DNA from: Planctomycetales bacterium
GTDB taxonomy: Bacteria; 4484-113; JAFGCY01
Length of the DNA stretch: 32,000 nucleotides
NCBI GenBank assembly: GCA_022646745.1
Contig: CP060262.1
Location: forward strand, 450,001 to 482,000
Direction of reading: 5' to 3'
Positions 23,388-32,000 of this stretch are shown here, in pieces. The number at the start of each line of letters is the position of its first letter. Positions within the stretch are counted from its first letter, which is position 1. The notes beneath the pieces are model-generated. The model worked only from the letters and a program-made list of their open reading frames with translations, ran no database searches and had not been told where the DNA came from. The position numbers and the translations under genes are program-made.

Positions 23388-26171
23388 TCACGGCAGGTCC
23401 GTGCCGAAGGCGATGAAGTCCCCCGCCAGGCTGCCGACGTATACCGTGCCATCCTCGCCGATACAGGGACTGGCCTGGACATTTCCGTTCGTGCCATACT
23501 CCCACAGCAAGTTGCCAGCGTAGTCCACCGCGCGGAAACTACCATCCAGGCTGCCGAAGTAGATGTTGCCACTGACATCATTCACGGGACCGCTTAACAC
23601 ACCGCCGGCGGTGGGAAACTCCCATTTCAGGCTGCCATCGAGGTTCAGCGCATACAGCTTGTCATCAGAGCTGCCGAAATACACCGTGCCGCCGAATACA
23701 CCAATGGAAGCCGGGGAATCAACAAAGCCCCCGGTTGTGTAGGACCATTTCTCGCTGCCATCAGGATTCAGCGCGTGCAGATTGTTGTCATCACTGCCAA
23801 CGTAGATCGTTTCATCGTATCCTCTTGCCGGACTGCTGTACAGCTCAGTCCCGATGTCCTGTTGCCATTTCAGGCTGCCATCCGGCTTGGCGGCAACGGT
23901 GAACCCACCAAGATTTGTCACGTAGACCGTGCCATCAATTCCCACGCTCGGTGAACTGACAATTCCAAAACCGGTGTCATAGGCCCAGGTAACACTGCCT
24001 GCGGGATGTATCTTGTACAGATTCCCACCCTGAGATGCTATATAGATGCTTTCATCAAAGGCGATCACGGGGCTGCCGGTGACAACCCCCCCCAGGCCAA
24101 GCGACCATTTCAGGGTTCCATTGGGATTGACTGCGTAAAGGAAGTCATCAACACTGCCAAAGTAAATCGTACCGTCAGCGGCAATGGCAGGACTGGATTG
24201 GATGCTACCGCCGGTTGTAAATGACCACTTTATCGCTCCCGTCGCACTATCCAGTGCATAAAGTGAACCGTCATCGCAGCCCACATAGATCGTCCCGTCC
24301 CCTGCGATGGCTGCTGTACTTCGCACACCGCCAGGAAGCAAGATCTCCCAGCGGACATTGTTTGTGACAGCACCCGGGAAGAATGAGATGCCCGCCCCGG
24401 TCTGATCTCCCCTGTACTGTGACCAGGCGCTGGGCAGGCGCAGGAATTTGCCTTGGCTGGCCTGAGCTCCGCCGTTGTCCGTGACCCGCAGCTGGATAAG
24501 GAAGGCTCCCCTGCACGGAAACAGATGCTGTACCTTTGGTGAGGGACCGCTGGCTTCAAACACGGAGTCACCGATGAAGTCCCATTCATACAGGACGATG
24601 TTTCCGTCAGGATCGCTGCTGGCACTGGCATCCAGGAAGGACCAGAAGGGAGCATAGGGCGACCAGACGTCGATGTCAAAGTCCGCCAGCGGCAGCTGGT
24701 TGTCGGGATGAACTCCCGTTGCCAGCACGCTCAGCGTATCCACATCCCAGGCACCTTGTGTATCAGTCACGCGGAACTTCACGTTGTACAGCCCGGGCAC
24801 GTTATAGGTCAGGATGATCTCGGTATTGTCGGTGCCGTCATCGTAGATGCCGTCGGCGTCCAGGTCCCAGGCGTAGCTGAGCTGCGCCTCACTGTCCTCG
24901 GCATCCTCTCCGGTGCCGGTAAGCGTCACATCCAGCGGTACAGCTCCCGTGGCCGGACTGGCCATCGCGCTGGCAACGGGGCGGCTGTTGCCACTGATGA
25001 CCAGTGACAGGCCTCCCAGCGCAACGTACTCGCCAGCGGCGTTGCGACCCTGCACACGCGGGCGTATGATGCCGGTTGCGGATGTATCAGCGCTCTGTGT
25101 TCCGGTGTCGTCAGCCACTATCTCGAACACGCCGTCTCCGTCCAGGTCCCAGTCGTAGTTGCTGGCACCTGCCGCTGTCAGGCTGATTGCGTCATTAATC
25201 AGGCCGGAGACCCTGTCCGTGCTGACTGAGACGATTACCGGAGCAGTTGCCAGCGGCGTGGCGCTGGCAATCGGTGTCGGTGCACTTTCATTGCCACCGA
25301 AGTCTATGGCGCTGAGGGCCACGAATGTCTGGTCCTGCAAGCCGCTGAGCAGGTGCCGGGTGCTGCCCTCCAGGTAGTCCACGCGCTGCACACCGGCGGA
25401 CTGCGGGTTGAGGAAGGACTTGTCTGAGTAATAGATCGCATAGCCCGCGAGGTCCGGATCAAGCACTGCTGACCAGCTCAGTTCAAGGCCACCCGGCACG
25501 GGAGCAGCCGACAGGCCCAGCGGAATTGCAGGAGCAGTGACCGAAGCAGGGTCGAACTGGTTCGCACCGATCCCGACCACGTCGATGCTGCTGCCCGCCG
25601 GGCAGAGCACGGTCACGAATGTGTTGCCAAAGGGGCTGGTCAGCAGGGCTGATCCATCGCTGGCAGCCTGCAGGCGGATGTGGTTGTCCGTGAAGGGGCC
25701 ATGCCAGTCCCAGCGGCCGGTGCCGTAGTTGGAAAGGCCGACAAAGTAGCCATCTCCACTGAGCAGGTTGGAATCCACGCTGACGATGCCGGGCTGTGCG
25801 CTGCCCATGCTGATACGGTACATGGCATGGGAAGTCCCGGTGGTATCCGTGCCGTTGAGGCGCGTGGCTTCCAGGTTGTCAGCGGCATCCCCGCTGTCCA
25901 GGAAACGCTCGACGCCAGGTGTGAAGTCGGTGTTGATGTTGATGGAGGAGGTACGGCGCTCTGAGGGCAGGACATGCCCGTCCCCATCCAGCTGCTCCCA
26001 GGGCTGCACTCCGTCTTCAGGCAGTCCCACGGGGAACAGCGTCACTGTTGAACCAACAGCGGGACCATTATTTTCCTGTGTTGCAGGATCGACCTCCATG
26101 GACGGATCCGATGCGCAGGAAATCAATGTGATTCCCAGCAGGGCGATGAGTACAACGGCAGCTCTGGACAT
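23388..26171 (-). CDS. large lipoprotein with PKD domains and a C-terminal PQQ-like (BamB-like) beta-propeller
   Basis: I moved the start to the ATG at 26171, preceded by AGGAGG at 6 nt. 'MSRAAVVLIALLGITLISC' carries the lipobox. PKD signatures: 'YDWDLDGDGVFE', 'YAWDLDADGIYDDG...YNVKFRVTDTQGAWD' and 'YEWDFIGDSVFE...IQLRVTDNGGAQ'. About 8 PQQ-like blades: 'GTIYVGCDDGSLYALDSATGAIKWSF' and similar. Confidence 0.85.
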   Translation of the reverse strand: MSRAAVVLIALLGITLISCASDPSMEVDPATQENNGPAVGSTVTLFPVGLPEDGVQPWEQLDGDGHVLPSERRTSSININTDFTPGVERFLDSGDAADNLEATRLNGTDTTGTSHAMYRISMGSAQPGIVSVDSNLLSGDGYFVGLSNYGTGRWDWHGPFTDNHIRLQAASDGSALLTSPFGNTFVTVLCPAGSSIDVVGIGANQFDPASVTAPAIPLGLSAAPVPGGLELSWSAVLDPDLAGYAIYYSDKSFLNPQSAGVQRVDYLEGSTRHLLSGLQDQTFVALSAIDFGGNESAPTPIASATPLATAPVIVSVSTDRVSGLINDAISLTAAGASNYDWDLDGDGVFEIVADDTGTQSADTSATGIIRPRVQGRNAAGEYVALGGLSLVISGNSRPVASAMASPATGAVPLDVTLTGTGEDAEDSEAQLSYAWDLDADGIYDDGTDNTEIILTYNVPGLYNVKFRVTDTQGAWDVDTLSVLATGVHPDNQLPLADFDIDVWSPYAPFWSFLDASASSDPDGNIVLYEWDFIGDSVFEASGPSPKVQHLFPCRGAFLIQLRVTDNGGAQASQGKFLRLPSAWSQYRGDQTGAGISFFPGAVTNNVRWEILLPGGVRSTAAIAGDGTIYVGCDDGSLYALDSATGAIKWSFTTGGSIQSSPAIAADGTIYFGSVDDFLYAVNPNGTLKWSLGLGGVVTGSPVIAFDESIYIASQGGNLYKIHPAGSVTWAYDTGFGIVSSPSVGIDGTVYVTNLGGFTVAAKPDGSLKWQQDIGTELYSSPARGYDETIYVGSDDNNLHALNPDGSEKWSYTTGGFVDSPASIGVFGGTVYFGSSDDKLYALNLDGSLKWEFPTAGGVLSGPVNDVSGNIYFGSLDGSFRAVDYAGNLLWEYGTNGNVQASPCIGEDGTVYVGSLAGDFIAFGTDLP

Positions 26172-26280
26172 GGCTGGCCTCCTGATCCTGATGAACCATG
26201 CTAGCACAGCTGGTCTGCTTTGAGCTTCTGCAGCTGTACAGCGCGCGGCAGAGCCGGGAGGCTTGCCGTATCATTTCCCT

Positions 26281-26871
26281 ATGCACATCCCGCAGCCGAT
26301 CACGATCGAGGGGCCGATAGTCAGGCTTGAGCCCCTGTCAATGGACCACCTGGCTGACCTTGAGCTGGCCTTCCAGCCAGGCACCTGGCAGTGGTCCTTC
26401 TACCGCTTCCTCGAAGGCGACATGGCAGGCTACATAGAGCACTCGCTGAAGATGTGCCGCGACACCAGCCGGGTGGCCTTTGCCGTGATCGACATCGCCA
26501 GTGGCAAGGCGATCGGCGGCACCAGCTACATGAACGTGCAGGCGCACGATGACAGCGTCGAGATCGGCTACACCTGGTTCGGCCCCCAGTGGCAACGCAC
26601 CGGACGCAACCGGGCCAGCAAGCTGCTGCTGCTGGACCATGCCTTTGACGACCTGGAGGTGAACCGAGTGGAGTTCATGGGCGATGCGGACAACACGCCG
26701 AGCCGCAATGCCCTGGAGGGCATCGGTGCCACCTTTGAGGGCATCATCCGCGAGAACCGCCGGCGCACCGACGGCAGCTACCGCTCCACCTTCTACTACT
26801 CCATCATCCGCAGCGAATGGCCTGCCGTGCGCGCAAGGCTGGTGGAAAGCATCCGCGAAGTGACGGGCTGA
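26281..26871 (+). CDS. GNAT family N-acetyltransferase (RimJ/RimL-like)
   Basis: 'VRLEPLSMDHLADL', 'EIGYTWFGPQWQRTGRNRASKLLLLDHAFDDLEVNRVEFMGDADNTPSRNALEGIGATFEGIIRE' is a typical Acetyltransf_3 core. The start is ambiguous: TTG at 26263 or ATG at 26281. Confidence 0.8.
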   Translation: MHIPQPITIEGPIVRLEPLSMDHLADLELAFQPGTWQWSFYRFLEGDMAGYIEHSLKMCRDTSRVAFAVIDIASGKAIGGTSYMNVQAHDDSVEIGYTWFGPQWQRTGRNRASKLLLLDHAFDDLEVNRVEFMGDADNTPSRNALEGIGATFEGIIRENRRRTDGSYRSTFYYSIIRSEWPAVRARLVESIREVTG

Positions 26872-26877
26872 ATCTGC

Positions 26878-28305
26878 CTAGCCCTGTGGCGGGATGTTCT
26901 GGTTCATGCGGAACAGGTTGCGTGGATCATACTTTGCCTTCAGGGACACAAGCCTGTCCCAGGTTTCGGCGGGATAGGCATCCTGCACGCGCTGCCGACC
27001 CTCGTTGCTGACGAAGTTCACATACACACTGCCCGAGGCATGGGGTGCAGCGGCTTCGAACAGGCTGCGAGCCCAGCCTACCGCCCTGTCGTCATCAGAA
27101 GCATCCTGCCAGCGCGTGTGCACATTCATCAGGAAAGGCGTGCTGCGATGGTGGTACGCGGTATCAGTGGCGCCGACTTCAGCCATTGCGCCGCCAAGCT
27201 GGGCCAGGAAGATCTCGCACTGGTCTCCGGGAGCCTGCTGGATGTACTCAATCACGGTGTCGATTATTCCGTCGTTGACGGAATCTAGGTTGTGCGATTT
27301 CCAGTAGTTCCGTACCCCGGCAGTCTGCAGCCCGTCAAAGGCTGATTGCCAGGCCGTGAACGGGGCCAGCCCGAGGTGGTCCCCGTGGGCGTTGCCAAAT
27401 CCGCGCACTGGTGCCACCAGCCGCTCGCCTTCCGCCGGGTCTCCGGCATAGGCCACCGCAATGATCTGCACCAGCTGGCCATGCACTGATTCCGGCAGGA
27501 ACGGCAGGGGCGGGGCCTTGCGCGTCACGGCCCAGACGGTCAGTTCACGCGGTGCTGCTGCGGCGAACTCGCGATAGCGTTCCAGCACCTGGCGTGCCTC
27601 GCTGAACGGGAACACGATCACGCCGCAGTAGATCTCAGGCCCCAGCGGATGCAGTCCGAACTCGAAGTTGGTGACAACGCCGAAGTTCCCACCTCCACCG
27701 CGGATGCCCCAGAAGAGGTCGGCATTCTCGGTGGACGATGCCTTCAGCAATTCGCCGTCCGCGGTGACTACGTCAGCCGAGACCAGGTTGTCAATCGTCA
27801 TGCCGTATTTCCGGCTGACCCAGCCGAAGCCACCGCCCAGGGTCAGGCCCGCCACGCCGGTCTCGGAGATGATCCCGCCCGGGGCCACCAGGCCATGTTC
27901 CTGGGTCGCCCTGTCAAGGTCTGCAAGCTGGCAACCCGGTCCGACATTGGCAATCCGTGCCCCTGGGTCCACCGTGGCCTGCTTCATGCGGGTCAGGTTT
28001 ACCATGATCCCGCCGTCACAGACTGCGTTGCCAGCAACGTTGTGTCCGCCACCGCAGACCGCCGTCAGCACTCCGTGCTCAGAGGCAAAGCGCACAGCAT
28101 GCTGCACATCCTCAGCTGACTCGCACATCGCGATCAGTCCCGGCCGGCGGTCGATCATGTGGTTCCAGATCCTACGGCAGTCCTCGTAGCCCTGATCTGC
28201 CGTGCCCAGCAGGCTGCCCTGCATCCGGTCTGACAGGTCCTTTACCTGTTCCGCGCTGACGCTGATCTGCTGGCCGTCGAGGCCTGTCAGGATGGTGTCC
28301 GCCAT
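26878..28305 (-). CDS. FAD-binding oxidoreductase, PCMH/BBE (berberine-bridge-enzyme-like) family
   Basis: 'AVCGGGHNVAGNAV', 'GLTLGGGFGW', 'DLFWGIRGGGGNFGVVT' and a C-terminal BBE-like 'KYDPRNLFRMNQNIPP'. Confidence 0.85.
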   Translation of the reverse strand: MADTILTGLDGQQISVSAEQVKDLSDRMQGSLLGTADQGYEDCRRIWNHMIDRRPGLIAMCESAEDVQHAVRFASEHGVLTAVCGGGHNVAGNAVCDGGIMVNLTRMKQATVDPGARIANVGPGCQLADLDRATQEHGLVAPGGIISETGVAGLTLGGGFGWVSRKYGMTIDNLVSADVVTADGELLKASSTENADLFWGIRGGGGNFGVVTNFEFGLHPLGPEIYCGVIVFPFSEARQVLERYREFAAAAPRELTVWAVTRKAPPLPFLPESVHGQLVQIIAVAYAGDPAEGERLVAPVRGFGNAHGDHLGLAPFTAWQSAFDGLQTAGVRNYWKSHNLDSVNDGIIDTVIEYIQQAPGDQCEIFLAQLGGAMAEVGATDTAYHHRSTPFLMNVHTRWQDASDDDRAVGWARSLFEAAAPHASGSVYVNFVSNEGRQRVQDAYPAETWDRLVSLKAKYDPRNLFRMNQNIPPQG

Positions 28306-28432
28306 AGCCTGTTCCTCCGCCTGGTTGTGGCCGGCAAGGAGCAGAATAAGTAAAATGCCGGCCCGATTGGCGTTTCACTATACCATTGAATTGAGACTCA
28401 ATATCAATCTGTATTGGAACGGAGAGTTGAAT

Positions 28433-29650
28433 TCAATCCGCCAGCAGCACCCGCAGGCCCGGCAGTTCATCGCCCGCCACAAACTCCAGCGAGGCCCCGC
28501 CTCCCGTGCTGACATGTGTCAGGTGCCCGGCCACATTGGCGCGGTTGACCGCCGCCACACTCTCCCCGCCGCCGACGATTGTCACCGCACCGCGGTCGCT
28601 GACTGCAGCCAGCGTACGGGCTATCCCAAGAGTGCCGGTGGCGAAGCGCTCCTGCTCGAACACGCCCATCGGTCCGTTCCAGAACACAGTCTGGGCCTCC
28701 CAGATCACCTCGTGGTACTTCTCCAGTGTGGCATCGCCAATGTCCAGCGCAACATCGCCATCCTGCATGCCATCGGCGGGACGCAGCTCGCAGCTCTCCG
28801 GGTTGTCAAACCTCTCGCCGACGCGGTAGTCCAGCGGCAGGATAAGCGCAGTGTCCTTTTCCTTCGCCAGTTCCAGCATACGCAGCGCTTCCGGGAACAT
28901 CGACTGCTCGACGAGGCTGTTGCCGGTGTTGTGGCCCTGGGCGGCGAGGAAGGTATTGGCCATCGCCCCGCCGATACAGACACTGTCCGCCAGTGGGATC
29001 AGGCTTTCAAGCACTTCCAGCTTGCCGGAGATCTTGGCGCCACCCATCACGATCACCAGCGGACGGACCGGGTCGTCAATCACCTTGGAAAGGGCGCTGA
29101 CCTCAGCTTCAACCAGCCGGCCAGCCGCGGATGGCAACAGGTGCGCCACGCCTTCCGTGGAGGCATGCGCCCGGTGTACCGTGCCGAAGGCATCACTGAC
29201 GTAACAGTCGGCGAGCGCTGCAAGCTGCCGGCAGAAATCCGGGTCATTCGCTTCCTCGCCCGGCTCGAAGCGCATGTTCTCCAGCAGCACGATGTTGTTA
29301 CCGGCGGCGGCGATGGTCCTCTGGGCACCCTCTCCTGCCACATCCGGGCTCAGGAATACTTCCAGCGGGGCAAGGTGCTCCAGCGCCAGCGCCGAGTTGA
29401 GCGCATCGCGCAGCACCGGCACCAGCGGCTCAAGGCGCAGCTTGTCCACCACCTGCCCATCGGGCCGGCCGAGGTGTGAGCACAGCACCAGCCTCGCCCC
29501 ACGCTTCAGCAGTTCCACCATCGTGGGCAGGGCGGCGCGGATGCGGGTGTCATCCGTCACGCGGCCCTCCTTCAGCGGCACGTTGAAATCCACGCGCATC
29601 AGCACGCGCTTGCCGGCCACGTCAAGTGAGTCGATTGTCCTGAGTTTCAT
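28433..29650 (-). CDS. pgk: phosphoglycerate kinase
   Basis: 'GKRVLMRVDFNVPLKEGRVTDDTRIRAALPT', 'SHLGRP', 'GGAKISGKL' and 'STGGGASLEF' are canonical PGK motifs. 405 aa. Confidence 0.95.
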   Translation of the reverse strand: MKLRTIDSLDVAGKRVLMRVDFNVPLKEGRVTDDTRIRAALPTMVELLKRGARLVLCSHLGRPDGQVVDKLRLEPLVPVLRDALNSALALEHLAPLEVFLSPDVAGEGAQRTIAAAGNNIVLLENMRFEPGEEANDPDFCRQLAALADCYVSDAFGTVHRAHASTEGVAHLLPSAAGRLVEAEVSALSKVIDDPVRPLVIVMGGAKISGKLEVLESLIPLADSVCIGGAMANTFLAAQGHNTGNSLVEQSMFPEALRMLELAKEKDTALILPLDYRVGERFDNPESCELRPADGMQDGDVALDIGDATLEKYHEVIWEAQTVFWNGPMGVFEQERFATGTLGIARTLAAVSDRGAVTIVGGGESVAAVNRANVAGHLTHVSTGGGASLEFVAGDELPGLRVLLAD

Positions 29651-29713
29651 GTCTGCTCTCCCTCGCGCCCATATTCTATTACTCGCCGCACGGCCCCTGT
29701 TATCCTCTTAGCC

Positions 29714-31306
29714 GTGGCGGAGGGATTCTCAAGCAAACGCATCATCGAGCTGACGGGCGAGCTCGTGCGCATTGATTCGGTGGTCGGAACAAAGGGTGAA
29801 CGCGAGCTCGGGGATCACCTGCACGACCTGCTCCAGCGCGAATGCGGAAGCCTGCCGGGGGTCAGCCTGCAGCGTATAGAGACGGATTATGGGCATTGCC
29901 CCCCGGCACTGATGGCGTTCTGGCGTAGCCCCGTGGAGACAAAACGCACCATAGTATTAATGGGCCACTACGACGTGGTCGGGCTGGAACCCTACGGCAG
30001 CCTGGCTGATCGCGCACTGGACACTGAAGCCCTGCGACAGGCCTATGCAGCAGGCAGTGATCCCGATTTGAAGGCGGCTGCCGCGGATCCGGACTGGGTG
30101 TTCGGCCGCGGCTGGCTGGACATGAAAAGCGGCATCGCCGTGATCATCGAACTGTTTCGCACCCTTGCCAGTGAGAATGAACTGCCGCTCAACCTTGTGC
30201 TGCTCATCACCCCGGACGAGGAGAGCCAGAGCCGTGGGTTGTACGCTGCCCTGCCCGAGCTGAACCGCCTTCGCCGGGAGCGGGGGCTGGAGCTGGTGCA
30301 GATTGTCAATGCAGACTACATGTCCCCGCTGTTCGAGGGCGACGAGCGCCACTTCATCTACAGCGGCACGATCGGCAAGTTCACGCTGGGCCTGACGGTG
30401 CTCGGCACCACGACACATGCCGGTTCACCTTTCGGGGGGGTCAATGCCGCATCACTGGCGGGATACCTTGCATTCGCAGTCGAGCATGACCGAAAGTTCC
30501 TGCAGGGCCACCGCGGCGAATGGCTGCCGCCGCCCACCGTGCTGCACCTGGCTGACCGCCGCCGCCGCTACGACGTGATGACGGTGGAAAGCGCTTCGCT
30601 GTATGCCAACGTGTTCAACATCGCAGCGGACAGCAAGCGGCTCTGGCGCGACACCCTGCAAGAGATCCGCCGGCTAGTGCGGCGCTATGACTCCGAGATG
30701 CGCAAGCGCTACAACCGCTTCGTGGCCCGCGCTGACATAACACCACAACGCGATGCCCGCCGGCCCGAAGTGATCGACTTTGCAACGCTGCTGGACCGCA
30801 GCGCGGCAAACATGCAGCGCGAGCCACATGTCCTGCTGGCTGAAGCCCGAGCCGCAGCCAGCCACGAGGATGAGCGCCAGCGCGGAATAGAGGTCGTCAA
30901 TTGGCTGGGGGCGCGCCTGCCACAGGGCCGGGCGACGGTTGTGGCCAGCCTGCTGCATCCCTGGTATCCCTGCCGCATTGAAAATGACCAGGACCGACTA
31001 GATATCATGCGCAGGCTGTGCGAGGAACAGGGCCTGACTCACTTCCACATCTATCCGTACATCTCCGACATGAGTGCCTTCGCCTGGCAGGGCGGAGTAC
31101 CTGAGCTGCTTGGGAAATGCAGTGCTCTTGATCAACAGCCCGATGATATTGAGATGCTGGAATCACTGGCCTGCCCGGTGCTGAATCTAGGCCCATGGGG
31201 CAGCGGAGCACATACCGGACAGGAGCGCAGCCGGCTGGACTGGTTGTCAACCGGACTGCCGGAGGCGATGCTGTCACTCATAAGAATGATTTCGCAGTCG
31301 CATTAA
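29714..31306 (+). CDS. M20 family metallopeptidase (RocB-like)
   Basis: 'LVRIDSVVGTKGE', 'IVLMGHYDVV' and 'GRGWLDMKSGIAV' are M20 metal-binding and catalytic blocks. The ~530 aa size fits the RocB-like subgroup. GTG start. Confidence 0.65.
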   Translation: MAEGFSSKRIIELTGELVRIDSVVGTKGERELGDHLHDLLQRECGSLPGVSLQRIETDYGHCPPALMAFWRSPVETKRTIVLMGHYDVVGLEPYGSLADRALDTEALRQAYAAGSDPDLKAAAADPDWVFGRGWLDMKSGIAVIIELFRTLASENELPLNLVLLITPDEESQSRGLYAALPELNRLRRERGLELVQIVNADYMSPLFEGDERHFIYSGTIGKFTLGLTVLGTTTHAGSPFGGVNAASLAGYLAFAVEHDRKFLQGHRGEWLPPPTVLHLADRRRRYDVMTVESASLYANVFNIAADSKRLWRDTLQEIRRLVRRYDSEMRKRYNRFVARADITPQRDARRPEVIDFATLLDRSAANMQREPHVLLAEARAAASHEDERQRGIEVVNWLGARLPQGRATVVASLLHPWYPCRIENDQDRLDIMRRLCEEQGLTHFHIYPYISDMSAFAWQGGVPELLGKCSALDQQPDDIEMLESLACPVLNLGPWGSGAHTGQERSRLDWLSTGLPEAMLSLIRMISQSH

Positions 31307-31361
31307 GTAAAATAGACTATTGCAATTTCTGTCATTTGCCTGCGCGTCAGCTTTACCGGGA

Positions 31362-31367
31362 TATAAT
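31362..31367 (+). promoter_or_regulatory. perfect TATAAT -10 box upstream of the FG-GAP lipoprotein gene
   Basis: TATAAT lies 39 nt upstream of the ATG at 31406. There is no convincing -35 at 17 nt. Confidence 0.25.
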
Positions 31368-31405
31368 CAGGAAGCTGAAATATCCTAGCGATTCGCAGAG
31401 GCGGA

Positions 31406-32000
31406 ATGATGACAAGCAGAAGCACTACTGTAGTGGCCACCTTATTGCTGCTGACTTGCGGGCTACTTCCTTCCTGTGACAACGGAAGCGACACGCAAAG
31501 CAAGGGCACGAATGCAGGCCGGACCGGCGGCACCGCCGTCGACGACTTCCTGAGCTCAAGCAAGCTGAATGACAGCGGCCCCGGCAGTGGCAAGTTCGTG
31601 CTGCTCGGTGGCGACGAGACCGGGATCGAGTTTGACAACCGGGCCGATGACATCGACTTCATCGCGGAGGACCGGGCCAGCCAGGCCGGCCTGGCCTGCG
31701 GGGATGTCAACGGCGACGGGATCCTCGACCTGTTCCTCTGCGGGATGGAGACTGACAACAGGCTCTACATCGGCGAGGGCGGCTTCCGCTTCCGCGACGT
31801 GACCGCCGACAGCGGGGATGACCTCGCCGTGGCCGGGCACGAGACCTTCGGTGCGCTGTTCGTCGACATCGAGGGCGACGGCGACCAGGACCTCTACCTC
31901 GGCGTGCGTGGTGCGGACGACCGGCTGTACATCAATGACGGGCGCGGCAAGTTCACCAACGAAGCATCCCAGCGTGGCACCACTGCCACCAATGCCACTT
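31406..32000 (+). CDS. FG-GAP/VCBS repeat lipoprotein, CRTAC1/ASPIC-UnbV-like; 3' end lies outside the window
   Basis: My own translation (no stop in the window, so it is absent from the ORF track): 'MMTSRSTTVVATLLLLTCGLLPSCDNGS...' is a signal peptide plus Cys. 'GDVNGDGILDLFLCGMETDNRLYIGEGGFRFRDVT' and 'VDIEGDGDQDLYLGVRGADDRLYINDGRGKF' are FG-GAP repeats. GAGG lies ~5 nt upstream of the ATG. Confidence 0.75.
   Translation, partial: MMTSRSTTVVATLLLLTCGLLPSCDNGSDTQSKGTNAGRTGGTAVDDFLSSSKLNDSGPGSGKFVLLGGDETGIEFDNRADDIDFIAEDRASQAGLACGDVNGDGILDLFLCGMETDNRLYIGEGGFRFRDVTADSGDDLAVAGHETFGALFVDIEGDGDQDLYLGVRGADDRLYINDGRGKFTNEASQRGTTATNAT

Noticed and set aside
26263-26280. TTG at 26263 as the start of the GNAT gene.
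   Set aside because: The GGGAGG upstream is only 2 nt from this TTG, which is too close. The ATG at 26281 gives a typical GNAT N-terminus. The choice is left ambiguous rather than asserted.
28329-28402. Hairpin GGCCGGCA-19 nt-TGCCGGCC (28329-28364) and the 13-nt palindrome ATTGAGACTCAAT (28390-28402) in the AT-rich pgk/FAD-oxidase spacer.
   Set aside because: The elements are short and near chance expectation. No U-tract is present to support a terminator call, and no second copy supports an operator call.

Overview
High-GC bacterial chromosomal window (about 60-65% G+C by eye, not computed). It probably comes from an uncultured environmental lineage, given the many lipobox lipoproteins and the PKD/PQQ-propeller, dockerin-like and FG-GAP/CRTAC1-like proteins. 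The backbone is ordinary housekeeping: partial SDR epimerase, rlmN, M19 dipeptidase, LysE exporter, DUF899, xthA, mtaB, azlCD, uvrB, GNAT, BBE-type FAD oxidase, pgk and an M20 peptidase.

Five things stand out.

(1) A ~2.4 kb AT-rich islet (about one-third G+C) starts directly after the uvrB stop codon. It carries a single 745-aa ORF that reads as winged-helix + PIN-like nuclease (YVDTNV motif plus later acidic motifs) + coiled coil + 3-4 C-terminal TM helices. This is my best candidate for an undescribed single-gene defence or abortive-infection module.

(2) A family of long imperfect hairpin repeats has arms built from 7-nt periodic CAGAC-type units. By eye they occur only between 11.6 and 16.4 kb, at almost every gene boundary there.

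(3) One split member of that family has 13-bp perfect TTAACCACAGAGA termini that exactly bracket a lower-GC orphan ORF.

(4) Five paralogous single-pass membrane proteins with a shared cytoplasmic helical motif lie in tandem.

(5) Two paralogous sub-60-aa tail-anchored ORFs sit in a ~950-nt 'empty' intergenic region.

No rRNA, tRNA, CRISPR array, integrase or transposase was recognised. All family calls come from motif reading only; no database search was possible.
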